A stretch of DNA of 56,282 bases, counting the filler, from Sphacelaria rigidula (Eukaryota): NCBI GenBank assembly GCA_964200075.2. It is 6 parts of 6 records of this genome, joined end to end, with 100 filler letters (N's around TTAATTAATTAA, not from the genome) between each part and the next. Parts side by side here need not be neighbours in the genome. Positions count along the whole stretch, not along the records: positions 37,589 to 46,885 come from CAXNAA020008817.1; positions 46,986 to 56,282 come from CAXNAA020008818.1; 4 more parts are not named here. The stretch is one strand, 5' to 3'. Of this stretch, positions 37,489-50,100 are shown one piece after another; the first letter of the stretch is position 1; every line of letters begins with the position of its first letter. Made by a program: the position numbers and the translations under genes. The notes under the pieces are model-generated. The model did not search any database, was not told where the DNA came from, and worked only from the letters and a program-made list of their open reading frames with translations.

Positions 37489-37588
37489 NNNNNNNNNNNN
37501 NNNNNNNNNNNNNNNNNNNNNNNNNNNNNNNNTTAATTAATTAANNNNNNNNNNNNNNNNNNNNNNNNNNNNNNNNNNNNNNNNNNNN
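37489..37588. other. Artificial contig spacer
   Basis: N44-TTAATTAATTAA-N44. Confidence 0.98.
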
Positions 37589-38783
37589 AGGCGCTGTATG
37601 GCCATTTTTTTCGTGACAGTTTTAGCTGGTTTTGGGGGGGGGCTATCGTAGAAAGTATCGTAAGATTCTGGCACCTAAACACGTGATCGTTGCTCAGAAG
37701 ACCCCACGCTGAACAGAAAGCACGATTTATGCACTACTGTACACCGTATGCAGACACAACGCGAAACAGTGCAGCTCTACAGCGATGCGACTATGCAGTA
37801 CTGATTACGTTCTCGATTGGTCACCATGTCGTGGTCTGATCACGAGGTGATACTGGCGTCACTCTCAAAGAACACGCCCGGCCAGGGGTGACACGAGGTC
37901 AGCGGCTGGCCACATTGAACAACCGCAGTCGAGAGGAATGACACTTGAGCTCGTGAGTAACAGACCATCGAGTCCGATAAGCACTGCATCGCAAGGCCAA
38001 GCAGGGACTCACTTTCACGTGCAGAACAGGTGCTCTTGACTTGCTTGCAAGCGAGATGTCTCCAAGTGATGGCTGATAGCTCTGTTATTAATCAGTCTTA
38101 GCTAGGTAGCTAAACTAGAGTTGCTGGGTGATGGAAGTTGTGAGGGCGGTGGGCTCCGGTCAAGGACGCCCAACTGGAATACAACACCAACATGCGAATG
38201 GAATAAGACCTACTGCACTTGCCACGCATACTGCAAAACGCCTACTACACATACAGTCGATATCCGCCGTAACAGATCTTGTACGCACTCTATCAATAGT
38301 CATCACCGTCATCAGTAGATTTGGTACACAATCTATCAATAGCCATCGTCATCAGTATATCTGGCACACTGCCTATCGATGGCCATTGTCGCCACTAAAA
38401 GATTTTGAGAGCTATCCATCGATATATTCGGTCGGCGGCGGCAATAGTTTTCGGTGTAAGGCCACAATAGAAAGCTGCCCGGGCAATAGTGTGGGAAAGG
38501 GCTCTACCGATAGACATTGCCAACGACAATAGAAAGAGAAATTTGTCGATCGATAGCCATTACCGACAACAATATTGGCATCTATTGCGGCAGATTGTAT
38601 TGCTATCGCAATAGATGCCGTCTATTGTCCAGGGTGTGGTGGTAACAATGGCCAACGAGACCCAAACTCAACACCACATGCTCCAGTCAAACATTAGTTT
38701 GCCGGATCTGACTCTACTGTGGGGATCTTGCCCAGATGAAGAGGCGATTACTTGGCATAATGAGGAGTGATTGCTTTGCTGAG

Positions 38784-39171
38784 AACAGTGGATTCTCGAA
38801 AATGGGTTGAAAACCAAAATGAGGTTCAACTCAAAAGTCGTGCTTTCTCTGACCTAAACTCATGACAAATGACTTTCATACGGACGACCCCATCCTTCCC
38901 GACCTCCCTAAACTATTTCGGGGGGTTTCAGGCCTTCCGTTCCCCCGAAGGATATGTGCGAAAGCCCATTTTGCCTCGATTTCGGGGTGAAAAAGGACGT
39001 GTTTTGGTCCAAAAATTGTGCTTTCGCACATACTCTTTGGGGGAACGGAAGGCTAGAAATCCCCCGAGAGAGTTTTGGGCAGGTCGAGAGGGATAGGGTC
39101 GTCCATATGAAAGTCATAGGTCAGGGAAACCTCATTTGGTTTTTCAACCCCATTTTCGAGAATCCACTGTT
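38784..39171. mobile_element. MITE, palindromic over almost its whole length
   Basis: Perfect terminal inverted repeat aacagtggattctcgaaaatggg / cccattttcgagaatccactgtt. Internal halves are also inverted-complementary. A related end occurs at ~27601-27650. Confidence 0.85.
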
Positions 39172-40189
39172 TGAGGTAGGTCAGTGTATGAATGAGAAAG
39201 AGATGATGCGCATGATGGCTGATACTTTATCCGAAGCTGTTCTACTTCTCACACATACGCGGCCAATTGGCTACTCCTTAAATCCAAGTACATCAAGCCT
39301 CTGAAGGACACTTTTGCCCCAATATCCTGCAGGACACCTTTGCGACTTCAGCAATCTTGCAGTAGACCACCACGCCAGATATCACCCGCCGTTCACAGAT
39401 CGAACCATGCAAACCCCACACAACTTATTCCCAGCCACCTCGACAACCCTGCAACATAGAACACGAGTTGGGCACAATTATATATATATATATAAAAACT
39501 GCAGTAGTTGGGTATGATGTGTTCATTGTTAGTGAAAACTCGAGCGTCTTCTGTCATGGTGGGGATCGGCGACGGAGCTGCGTGGTACGGCGCGGCGGAC
39601 GACTGACTTGCGTACACAGGCATGGACAGTGCAGGCAGTACAAAATTTCACGTTTTTCAAGTATTTTTCATGTCGTACTCTGAGCGGAGATTACAGGCAG
39701 TCCTGCGCTGTCCGTACTGCACTTCACCCGCATCTCTTTCACATCCTGCTGTACGAAAGCAGATGCACATATGCACACTCTGGCTTCCACTGTTTGCAGC
39801 GTTTATCGTAGCTGACGGCATAGAGCACCCCCCGTGTTTGCACGCATGCTCATTGTAGCGAAACGTAGCGCACACCGCGCACTCTGCAGTACGGCACCAC
39901 ACGTCGCTGCACGGTATGATTCGGTCCAGTACAGCACACCATACCGGTGCGTGCTTATTGCACTGATTCGTATCCCTATCAAAGTACAAATCGCGACGAA
40001 AGTTATTCGATGCGGCCTTAGTTTGTTCGACTAAACTTAATTTTGTGTGCAATATGCATTCCGATCGTAGGCTGGGGACTACGGGTTTTTCAAAATTATG
40101 TATTTTGAAGTGGAGGGTACATGCCATACACCCACCATCACCAGCTGCAGCTTCGTAGCATGACCGTGTGTACATATACTGGCAATCAG

Positions 40190-40560
40190 TATATGAGATT
40201 TGCACAGCAGAGGCTGTTGAACGATTCTTGTGTTGCCCCATTGATATAAACTGGGGGTCAAGCCGACGGTTTTTGAAAATCTCTGCAGTTCGAATCTTAT
40301 ATGCTGACGACAACATAGTATATGGAATTTGTACAGCAGAGGCTGTCTCGCAAGTTCTCGTTTTGCCCAATTTCAGGATATATTGACGGGCTAAACGAGG
40401 ACTTCTGAGCAGCCTCTGCTGTTCAAATCCCCCATGCCAGTACATGGGATTTGTACAGCAGAGGCTGTTCGGAGTATATCCTGGTTTTGCCCAGTATATA
40501 AAGTGGGCAAAACCAGGATATACTTCGAACAGCCTCTGCTGTACAAATCCCATATATGCT
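40190..40560. repeat. Array of a 'gatttgtacagcagaggctgtt' motif in both orientations, including a 50-bp-arm hairpin (40444-40553)
   Basis: Arms 40444-40493 and 40504-40553 differ at one position. Further motif copies at ~40197, ~40325 and ~40410 (inverted). Confidence 0.85.
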
Positions 40561-41399
40561 GTAACAAGTATCGGATTTTCACAGCACGAGTGCCTTCAGA
40601 AACAATCCAGAGGATTTCGATATTGACACGAACGCTCAAGGGAGGTCCCAATGTTGATTACTCTCTAGAGTATTGCAAATCCTGAAGATCCTCTAGCGGG
40701 GAGTTTCAAAACAGACGGCATGTTAGGATATGTTTGGAAATTCCACTGAAGGGTTTTCAAGGCTAGTCGAATGGCTGCGTGTGTATGTTCCCCTCGAGCA
40801 TGCACTACCATGCGAGGCATGTTCAACCCAGGGGCAACCTTTGGAGGTGGGGATGCGTACGAAGTGTGTTGATTTTTGGATGGGGGGTAGGTTGTACTTT
40901 GCTTGCTGTGATGTTAGCCTTAGTTTTTTTTTTAGTTTTTTGCCGCCCTTTTTGTGCGAACGCTCAGACGCATTTATGTTCTGAACAAAATATATTCCGA
41001 GATATAGGGGTGTGGGGATTCGAAAGTGGTGATATGCCTGTGTCCGTGTCCTTTTTAGCCCTAGACGTCTGAGATCCTGTTCACGTGAAAAACGTGTGCG
41101 CACGTTGGGCATGAACCACCCACGCTGCTGTGAGGGGTATAGTATGATGTAATTAGGCCTTGTCGCCTCAGAGAAGGAAGCCTCACTACACCTTTGTCCT
41201 GTGTGTTTTCGCGAACAGAGACTGGAGCCGTATGTGCCCAATCTCAATGCACAGCTGTGGAGCAACAATCAACCCAATCCAAATCACAAACCACAACAGT
41301 AAGCAGTTCAATCCAGGTGTTCACAGAAATGAATTATCCTTTTTTTTCTTGCAGTACGAACCAGAGCCAATAGTTCCCCGCCACTGTAAGGCTTACCGG

Positions 41400-44300
41400 T
41401 AAGGACTCACTTGGAACTCAGAGCAATGGTGGCCAAAGCTGATGGTGTCTGGGTGTCGTAAGAGAGAGTGCTCTGGGAGGGGCTGAATGCAGCTACATGG
41501 AACTATATTACGCCAGAATTATATCCCTGGCCAGTCATGACACAGAATTGAAAAGCCGAAGATCCTCAATCTAAAGGACGTTCCAGTAGTACTATCTGCT
41601 GTGCACATGAACATTCAATGCGCGGCCGACAAGCCAATCAACCATACAACTTGTATCTCGTATCGAGCAACAACTTGGAACACCGACTTGGATCTTCCAA
41701 CAAGCTGCCATCCCTCAACGGCCGAATCAAAGATTCATATCCAAACGTTGCTTTACTCTGAGACATGTGTGCCCGAGAGATTACAGACGCCGAGGCCAGT
41801 CCCTTCAAATACCATGACAATAGGCCTTTCATAGGGTGCTTCTCAGCATGATGTGCATTTACCTGGGCCGGCGTTCAAGACGGGCTGTAGCAGTTGATGG
41901 GCCAATGGAAACATCCAGGGTACATGGAATTCACTCTGTTTTTCTTTAGACGGTCAGATATTCGTGTTGAAAATGTCCATCGAAATCTGGCGGGTTTATG
42001 AATAATTCTCGAACTTGCGGAGAAGTGAGCCTGATATTATATTACACCGTTCTTCGTGCCTATATTTGTCTGTGGTGCCTCTGCTTACTGCGCATCCTCT
42101 ACACCCGTGATAAAACGGGGGGGGGCAGAGCACTGGGATGCATTTTCCCATGACTATAGGCTGAAGGTAAGGACGGTGGTCTTCGAACTCAGGATGTTGG
42201 CAATAGTGCGACTGCAGCAAGACTTGGGACATCACGTGAGCGAACGTATACATCTTCCGAGCACGTGTGTTTACAAAGCAATCGTGTCCATCAGTTTACT
42301 CTCTTCTCCTGGCCCTGCTGAAGGCGGGATTGGGGAGGGAAAATTCATGACGTAGCCATAGCCACAACCGCGAATAATCGATGCTGTTGGCTACTCCAAG
42401 CGGCAGTGGTGATGTCGTACGGAGCACTAGTGTTATTTCTTGCATGCTGTTGGTGGCTTTTAAGTTTCATTTTCGAAGCTGCAGTATTCCAGAGGTAGTG
42501 TAGTTTGCAGGATGTTGTTTTCCCGTCCGGAAAATTCTTTCCCCGGATGAAAAGCTATGATTTCACTTCATATTCTGTAGTAAAAGACCAGATGGCTGCA
42601 GTTTGGGCAGCAGACTGGGCTGATTGATCCTCCGATGCCGTTTTCAAAGCGATGGATATTTTGTTCTTGGTCGCGCGATTGGCAGTAAACTGATATGCAG
42701 GTTCGACTGATCCGTAGTTTGTGTACTTTGAGCAGTGTGATTTTTGCTTTGCTGAAGTTTGTAACGCGCGAGTGGTGAAGGAGTACAGCGTGCTTGACTT
42801 AAAGCTGAAAGTAGAGAGAAATTGACAACTGGGCAGGGTCATGTAAGCAATTCGATGTTAAATTTTCTGCGATGCAGGCCCGTACTTTGCAGACGTATGT
42901 ATTCGGGGCGTGATGTATCAAATACATTGAAATACCATTGTGCATATGTTTTTGTCTGTTGTGGCCTTCATGCACTGACATGTCATCAGTCACTCTGAAT
43001 GGTCTCAGCTTTCAGTTGTGAAATTGTCCCATTCATGTCGAGTTGCGATGTGATGATTTTGAGATTGAGAATTGGCAGAACACTCACTGGTCGTGTTATT
43101 CCCCAAAATTTGCTTGTTTTTCATGCCGTGCGAATGCAAATCCGTATACGTAAATGGCTGGAAGGACGACTTGTTTCACCTTGGTTGGCAGCTAGTAGCG
43201 AAGTAGCAGCCAACAGAGAGATAGTTTTGAGCGAAGTAATTGAAAATTTCTCCTGTTGTTGGGATTCGTGTTTTTCTCCTCGCAGTTATGAGTGGAAGGG
43301 TTGAGGTACAGAGTAGAGGGATACCCTCCGAAATATCATGTTTTTCTCGGCTCAAGTATTCGCATGAGGTAGTACAGAGTAGGGAGGGAAGTATCCTTCG
43401 CAATAATTTTCTTTTCATCCCTTTTGTTTTGCTTTAATGTTCAGTATTGACATGAGTGCTCTGTTTCATGCAAAAATAATTTCCGCACGTAGTGTTGAAT
43501 GCATATAGCTTGTTTGGATTCTCCCAAGCAGTACCGGGCGCGTTACTGTCTGCGATTGGACGAGAAGTGATTCTCCGTTCCGACATCCGAGTGTTACCTG
43601 AAGGTGTATGCTTGGTACAGTATGTATTCAGTTTCGTGTTATTGACGTTGAGTGTGATTCCGTGAAATATGTAAATATGAGGGGAATTCCCCGCAAAATA
43701 TCGCGACGGAGAGTTTTTGCACAAGTGAAAAGGTCACAGTGCGGTTAAATGAGTTGTTCAGGGCTTATCAAGCAGCTATTTGTAACCGCCCGAGGGAAGT
43801 TTTGAAAATTTTCGGCCAGTACCGATGATCATCTTCCCAGGAAATTTGGAATATCATAGTCCGATATTTGCACAGAAAGTTTCCTCGGAAAGTTTCATGG
43901 TACTTGTACATGGTTCATTTGATCATATTTGAGTTGTAGAACGTACCGCCGAACCATCTTTGTGGTTGTGTATGTTTTCTAACAAACTGATATCGGATGG
44001 ACCCTAACATAATCACCACAAAATAGGCTCATTTCCTGTGTTCCCCATCTTCATGCCCCCGTTCGTGGACCATGAGCCCTAGTTGGTGAGACATGAGTTG
44101 CTGAGATCATCATCGATTACCGAACAGATAAATATCCCAGATGGATGCCCTAAAGCTCAGTGGAAAATCATATGTGAGGAAGGCGTATCGCTAGGGTAGA
44201 CAGACTAAGGAGGAAGCTGTCTTGGGAGATGTCGTCCTGATGCCGAAGGAACTCCGAGGCTGGCGATGATTTCCTCATGTGATATGTATGCAAGAAGTCG

Positions 44301-45020
44301 GGTCAGACGAGAAGTAGTCGCCGGGGGGCGATCAGTTCCTCGGGGGATGTTGGTCCGTCCTGATATCAGGCTCTCACTGGAATCACCCCAAGTTGTCTAG
44401 TATCGTTGGCATTACAGGGTCCTCGGTATTCTGGCCCTTTCGGACCGTTCCTCCCTTGTACCTGCCTGCGCTGGTTCTTGATACATGTGTGGCACCAGTC
44501 TCTGATATGTCACTGCAAAGAGGTGTCTTCCACATTCCCCCTCCCCTATGCGCCTTAACCCCGTCAGGAGTGTGGCTGGTGGGACGAGGCGATCATCCGC
44601 TTCGCTGATAGTATAATCGTGGAAGTGTCTTTGAGTGACGATCATTGGTTGGGTCACACCACCACTAATCGCAAAGGTAGCCCTTTTCTATACTGTGGCA
44701 TTGAGTAAACATCCCCAGTGAATTTTAGCTACCTGTGGTCAGTAACAGTGCATGCATTGCAAACCCTTCAATTCCGTTTTTTCTCTGTCATGTGACTGTG
44801 TCATGTGTGACATGTTTCCATCAGATTCCGTTTTGCACTTTAGTTCTGCTTTGGGGTCTGTCGATTATGCATGACTGGGCACTGGGACGCTGAACGTTCC
44901 ACGGGCGCCGAGGTTATTTATGCCGGGGTTCTGGGATGTCTTTGGTTCCGCTAACACCGGGGTAGGACTAAATCCTTGCGTTAGCAACAAAGCGGTGGAT
45001 ATGATGTTTTCGGCTTGTGA
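41400..45020 (-). other. Possible decayed additional ORF downstream of gypsy pol (env-like?)
   Basis: Low-GC, non-repetitive stretch on the pol strand with many short, Cys- and N-x-S/T-containing frames and no intron-like tracts. No diagnostic motif is recognised. Confidence 0.25.
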
Positions 45021-45280
45021 ACATTGTGCTCTTCTGGCTAAACATCGTCAAAATGACCCTTGCTTCTTGTCAGCAACTACCCCCATTGCTGAGAGGCTAT
45101 CTTCCGTGGGACGTTGCACCCCCGTCACCGCTGACATGTCAGATATTCTTCCGTTCATGTCTGCATTGTTCTAACGTCGTTTTTCTGTGTGTGACTCTCA
45201 TGGATCTCCGAACTGTAACCCCAGGCCACTGCTCAACCCTTAAGCGTTTTGCTAGGACGCTCGAACAGTCTGTTGAACAG

Positions 45281-46620
45281 TCACATCCGTTCCCGTTTCC
45301 CGGTGTTTTTGGATGTCAACTCCGGACGTGAGCCCTCTGCTAACCCATCGTCATGACGGTATATATCGATGAGATGTTTCCTTTGTAGTATTTCGTCAGC
45401 TCGATAGTTTTGGTCAGCAGAGGGGCCGTAGCCTTCGAGTCTCAAGCGATATTAATAGTTATGAAGACTTCTCTGATCTGGTCCTGGAGCGTGGGCTACC
45501 GCTTTCTCGACAGCGTAACGTTCTACTGTAGGCAACGTTTCGACTGGTTGGTCATTCTCTGGTAGAGGTATCCGTTTGCCCAGGAACAACTCGCCCGACT
45601 TATTGAAATCTGATGCTGGTGGCGTCCCTCGCGGACGATATTTGTTCAAGTGAGCAAGATGTACTGACATTTCTTCGGAGTTGTCGCCTATTATGGTTCT
45701 GTGCACGACCGGCGATCGTTTCCCGGTCATCATGCAAGGTCCTCTCCATGGTAATCGGAGCTTCGGGTTCGGCCCTTCTGAATTCTGGTATGGTCGGTAC
45801 AGGATTACCTTTTGACCGGGTTTGAACACTAGGAACATTTTTCATTTGTTTTTGTTCTCTTGCTTGTTCGATTTTTCTCGCAAGACTTGTCTCGCGATTT
45901 CAAATCCTCACCGTGGGTTTTCCCGTGTTTCTTCGAAACGTTCTTCGGATGCTGCAGCTTCGCTTCCCTCATGTATGTCGAGGATGATGTCGATTGGTAA
46001 TCTGGGCTGTCTTCCGAACAATATAAATATGGTATCTCCTGTACTGTATTATGATAGGATGTGTTGTACGCCATTTGGATGAACGGAAGCATGGATGCTC
46101 AATATTGTTCCCAACCGACATATGCATAGCTAACATCGCGTGCATAGTGGAGTGGATTCGTTCCGACACTGAACTACCTTGCGGGCGTAACGGTGTCGTG
46201 CAAGTTTCGTTGAAACCCAGCTCTTGTTGCCGTGCGTATATTAGCTTCTTCCAAATTCGGCTCCCCGATCGGAATACCGCTTTCCCGGAATGCCAAATGT
46301 CGTGAAAACTCTGACGACAAGAGTTGTGGCTATTGACGTGGTCTGTTTATTCGGTCCCCGAATGAGCAAAGCATGCCCTGTGAGGTGGTCCATCACGGAC
46401 AGTACATATTTACACAGTATTCCAGCGTCTGACATCGAAGTTGTTTTGTACTTGACCAGGTTTGCCAACACTCTTTCGTATGGCCGTCCTACCAGAACGT
46501 GTCCCATCGGCAAATTTGGGGCGATTGTGGACCGTTTTCTCGGCGTTGGCAACCTTGACATAGTGTGCGTACTCCCGTGTTTGCTCTTTTTGCAACTTTT
46601 TCGCGGTTGACTGACAGCTG
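45281..46620 (-). mobile_element. Degenerate Ty3/gypsy (chromovirus-type) LTR retrotransposon: integrase + chromodomain
   Basis: Frameshifted frames give CQGCQRR (Zn finger end), YVLSVMDHLT...FGIPGKRYSDRGAEF (rve core), SERIHSTM, LPFIQMAYNTSYH, KLRLPWRGPC (GPY/F motif) and YAVEKAVAH...YRLRLEGYGPSAD (chromodomain). Confidence 0.9.
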
Positions 46621-46833
46621 TCGGTCACTTTGCACCGCCTTCAAACGGTCGAGCTTCTCAGCTGATATTTGAAAATGATGCTGCGATTCAGCTATTTGCA
46701 GCGGAGGGTCTTTTGGCACGTAACAATATATTCGTTGGTTTCAAAGGCTTGATATCAGCTTCCTGTCGCTCTTTGAACGCAAACAGTCGTGAGAGCGTGT
46801 CCGGAATAACACGAAGTTTCTTCGGTTTTTGTA

Positions 46834-46876
<43 letters not shown>

Positions 46877-46885
46877 GTTGTTGTT
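46834..46885. repeat. (TTA)n/(TTG)n microsatellite at segment end
   Basis: Directly visible. Confidence 0.95.
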
Positions 46886-46985
46886 NNNNNNNNNNNNNNN
46901 NNNNNNNNNNNNNNNNNNNNNNNNNNNNNTTAATTAATTAANNNNNNNNNNNNNNNNNNNNNNNNNNNNNNNNNNNNNNNNNNNN
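46886..46985. other. Artificial contig spacer
   Basis: N44-TTAATTAATTAA-N44. Confidence 0.98.
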
Positions 46986-47082
46986 AAAACCGGGGGTGTT
47001 TGTCCCGTCTTTGAAAGGAGGAAAAATTAATGGCCGCATGACTACGGGATGTATAATCTTGAGTACCCCCCCCCCCCCCCCC

Positions 47083-47131
47083 TCAATGGTCTTATGACTA
47101 TGGCATGCATGATCATGAGTACACCCCCCCC
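47083..47131 (+). repeat. 3'-end fragment of a second LINE subfamily
   Basis: Near-identical to the reverse complement of 56222-56270. Resembles the other LINE tails (gtcaatggtc...atgagtacacccc). Confidence 0.6.
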
Positions 47132-47191
47132 TTGATCTCCGCATCACTGACGCATTTACCCTTCGCAAACTTGCCACTGCCGCGCTCTCAC

Positions 47192-50100
47192 CTGTCCCTC
47201 GACGAGCTCGTAATCGAATTCCGAAAGGAAGTTTCTGAAAAACAGAATTATCTCTAACTTCGCCAGCTCCTTCCCTGGACAGAGGTGCTTCCCGAAGCCG
47301 AACATCTGAGGCTCCGGGTTCTTTCCAGTGGTGGCCCTCTCAGCACCTCCGTTGTTGCCTTGAAGGAATCGAAAGGGACAGAACCTGCCGACGATTGCGA
47401 GGTTCGTTGGTTTCTCCAGATGAAACGGGAGATGGGATGTGAGAGGTGTGTCGGGAGAACATGGAATGACGTGAAAGCAAACCAAGCGAGAAAAGGAAGA
47501 GGGTACCACAAAAAGAAATGGTCAGCTCGAGATTCATGTACCAGGGCACCCTGTAAACGCAAGTGGCAACGGAAACGCCTGGGATGACTCCAGCACGTGA
47601 GACAGATTCGGCAGTACATACGAGCTAGATGCGCACACCAAGGGTGCATTTTTTCAGGGAGCGCGGCCGGAGAGCATGTGTCTTGTAACAAGGGTTGATG
47701 AGTCTGCACCCTGACTAGAACATACCCATACGCCGGACCCTGGAGCTACTCCGATGCTAGCTAGCATGACGCCACAATCTATCGAAATGCATCAAATGAA
47801 TGTGTGTACAGTGGGCTGCCGTGTATCAATTTCACCCGGTGCACAGCTCATGGTCTACTTCATCCAAAGCATGGATTTTATCGAGAGTGCCGTGTTCAAA
47901 GTGCAGGTGTACCTTACAAACGGCAATTCAGCACTACAGTAGGGCCATGCCGGAAGCCTGCGAGGTGGTGCGCTGAACGGAAGCACTATGGGTGTGACAT
48001 ATGCCTCTCCAACAAGTTGTTCTATTTTTTGGCCATGCCGTCAACATGTGTTGTTGTTGTTGTTGATGGTGGTGGTGGTGGTGGTAGTGTGGTTGTCGTC
48101 GTCGTCGTAGTCGTCGTCGTCGTTGACGCCATGTAGGTGTTGGTGTTGGTGTCGTCGCCCTCACGCAGAGCTCGTGGGTGAGGGTTCCTGCTCGAGTTAG
48201 CTAGCCCCCAGTTAGTTGAAGCCTAGCCCCCAGTTAGTTGAGTCGCAACCTGCTCCCGCGGCCATGTTCATTCTGTTTGTTTTGTTTTGTTCCTGTACGC
48301 GGTCCCTAACGGAAGCCATGCTGCAGGACCCTGTCGTTTTCCATCTCGTTTTCACTTTACTTTCATCTCTCCGCCGTTTGTTTCCCACTGTTCCTCTCTC
48401 TCTCCCTCTCTCTTTCCCGGCGAGTGTTCCGCTATTATACCCCGTCCATCAGCGCATGTGCGACATTCAATCAATCAAGCCACACAAATCTAATCTATGG
48501 TGCTATTTTCTACATATTTGAAAAGTTTCTTGATTTTTTCGGTGTATAGACATCATGATTCAGTCCTTCTCTCTGACCCGCGCCGCACGGATGGGCGTTT
48601 TTGGCAGGGATTACGAGGTTTCAGCACAGTGCAGACAGTACTTCAGCACCACTCCCCTGCCCTGTATCGCACTTTACCCCGGCTTCCTGCAGCGTCAAAT
48701 GCTGCACTGTGTAGGGCAATGCTGAATGCCCTGTACAAAGTACACGTATATCACGTCGGAAAATCTTGTGTACCACGAGAAAATATACCCCAATTTGGGT
48801 ATCTACGTTATTCACATGTACTTCATATAGTCCCACTGTACCTTAATGTAAGGGGTCGTTCATCGCGGTTACACGAAATCATTGTTTTTGCACTTCGGCT
48901 GAACCACCTCAATTTCCTCCTCTTCGAACACTTCCGCTCTTTCGCTACACTTGAAATGAAGCTGAAAATCATCAAATTACAAACCATGTCTTGACGCCAT
49001 CAGAATTGGCAGACGTGGAATTCACTCCGCCACACACTCTGACCAAGTGATGAGTGGGTTTCGACACATTCGACCATTTTGGTCCACTAAAGTGCTGCAC
49101 ATATGCTGAATAGATAAAATGGCATGAAAGTGAAGATCAAGATCCCCTCTGCGTTGCTGGGGATGCGGGAAGCATGAGATGCCCCCTCAGGCTCATCCAT
49201 TGCTTGGTATGGACTCACAAACCGAGGTTTGAAATGTGAGTTTCTGTTTTGGGGGGGGAGACAGAATTCTGGAAAGACGCACATAAAACGTGGGGAATGT
49301 GTGCCAAGTTGCCGCAACAAAAACTCGACAGCTCCACCACCATGACGCCGCGTTCGTTAGATGGGCTTCGCTGAAATTGCCTCGTCCTCAAGAACAGTGA
49401 GTACTGGTAGAACTGTGCCTCAATATATGATGAGGGAACATGGCCACGTGGCGTTCTCGTCACACTTCAAACATTCACAAACGTAGACGCTGCGGAGAAA
49501 TATCTTCTCACTTGTCGAGACATGGCTACTGTACCTGGGTACCACGAAGGACCACGAAGGACTATCTTGCCGTGTGCTAAGACAGATGCTTCGGCTAAAT
49601 ATCGACGGGCGACCAGAACGAAACTTTCGAATTCTTTGACGATGGCTGTCTGACCGTTCCGTCGGCATGTACTTCTCGAGACTGATTTTGCTATCCTCGG
49701 TCGCGTTGTTTTCGGAGAATCACTGCAAGGTGCGGCAAAGTTCGTCATTCTCGCTGTATCACTGCCGGGCAGAGGTACGTTGATCCCTTGAGACCACGGA
49801 CTCGTCTCGAGGAAACGAAAGGATTCAAAGTGCGAAAAAAAACAAATACAAAAACTGCGGTGCAGGGTGTGCGATGCCTGTACCGTGCGGTACGTCACAG
49901 CATATTATTCTGTCACCTTGCTCTCGCGCAGCGACAAGGTGTGTGATTTTCCGAAACTGTATTCCCGCCGTACGACCTGCATGGTCGACGGGAACTACGA
50001 CCTTGCACAATGCGGTGCTCAATGTGTGCTGGTTTTTGCATATTCGCGCAGTAACTGTGCCGCGAGTAGTATCTAAACGCCGTGGGTCACCCCGATAGAA

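Noticed and set aside
39657-40553. 298-aa minus-strand ORF
   Set aside because: Runs through the hairpin/motif array and low-complexity repeat; no protein-like features.
9298-46985. Regularly spaced TTAATTAATTAA motif as a biological repeat or CRISPR-like array
   Set aside because: Always embedded in N44 runs at a fixed interval; it is a concatenation linker.
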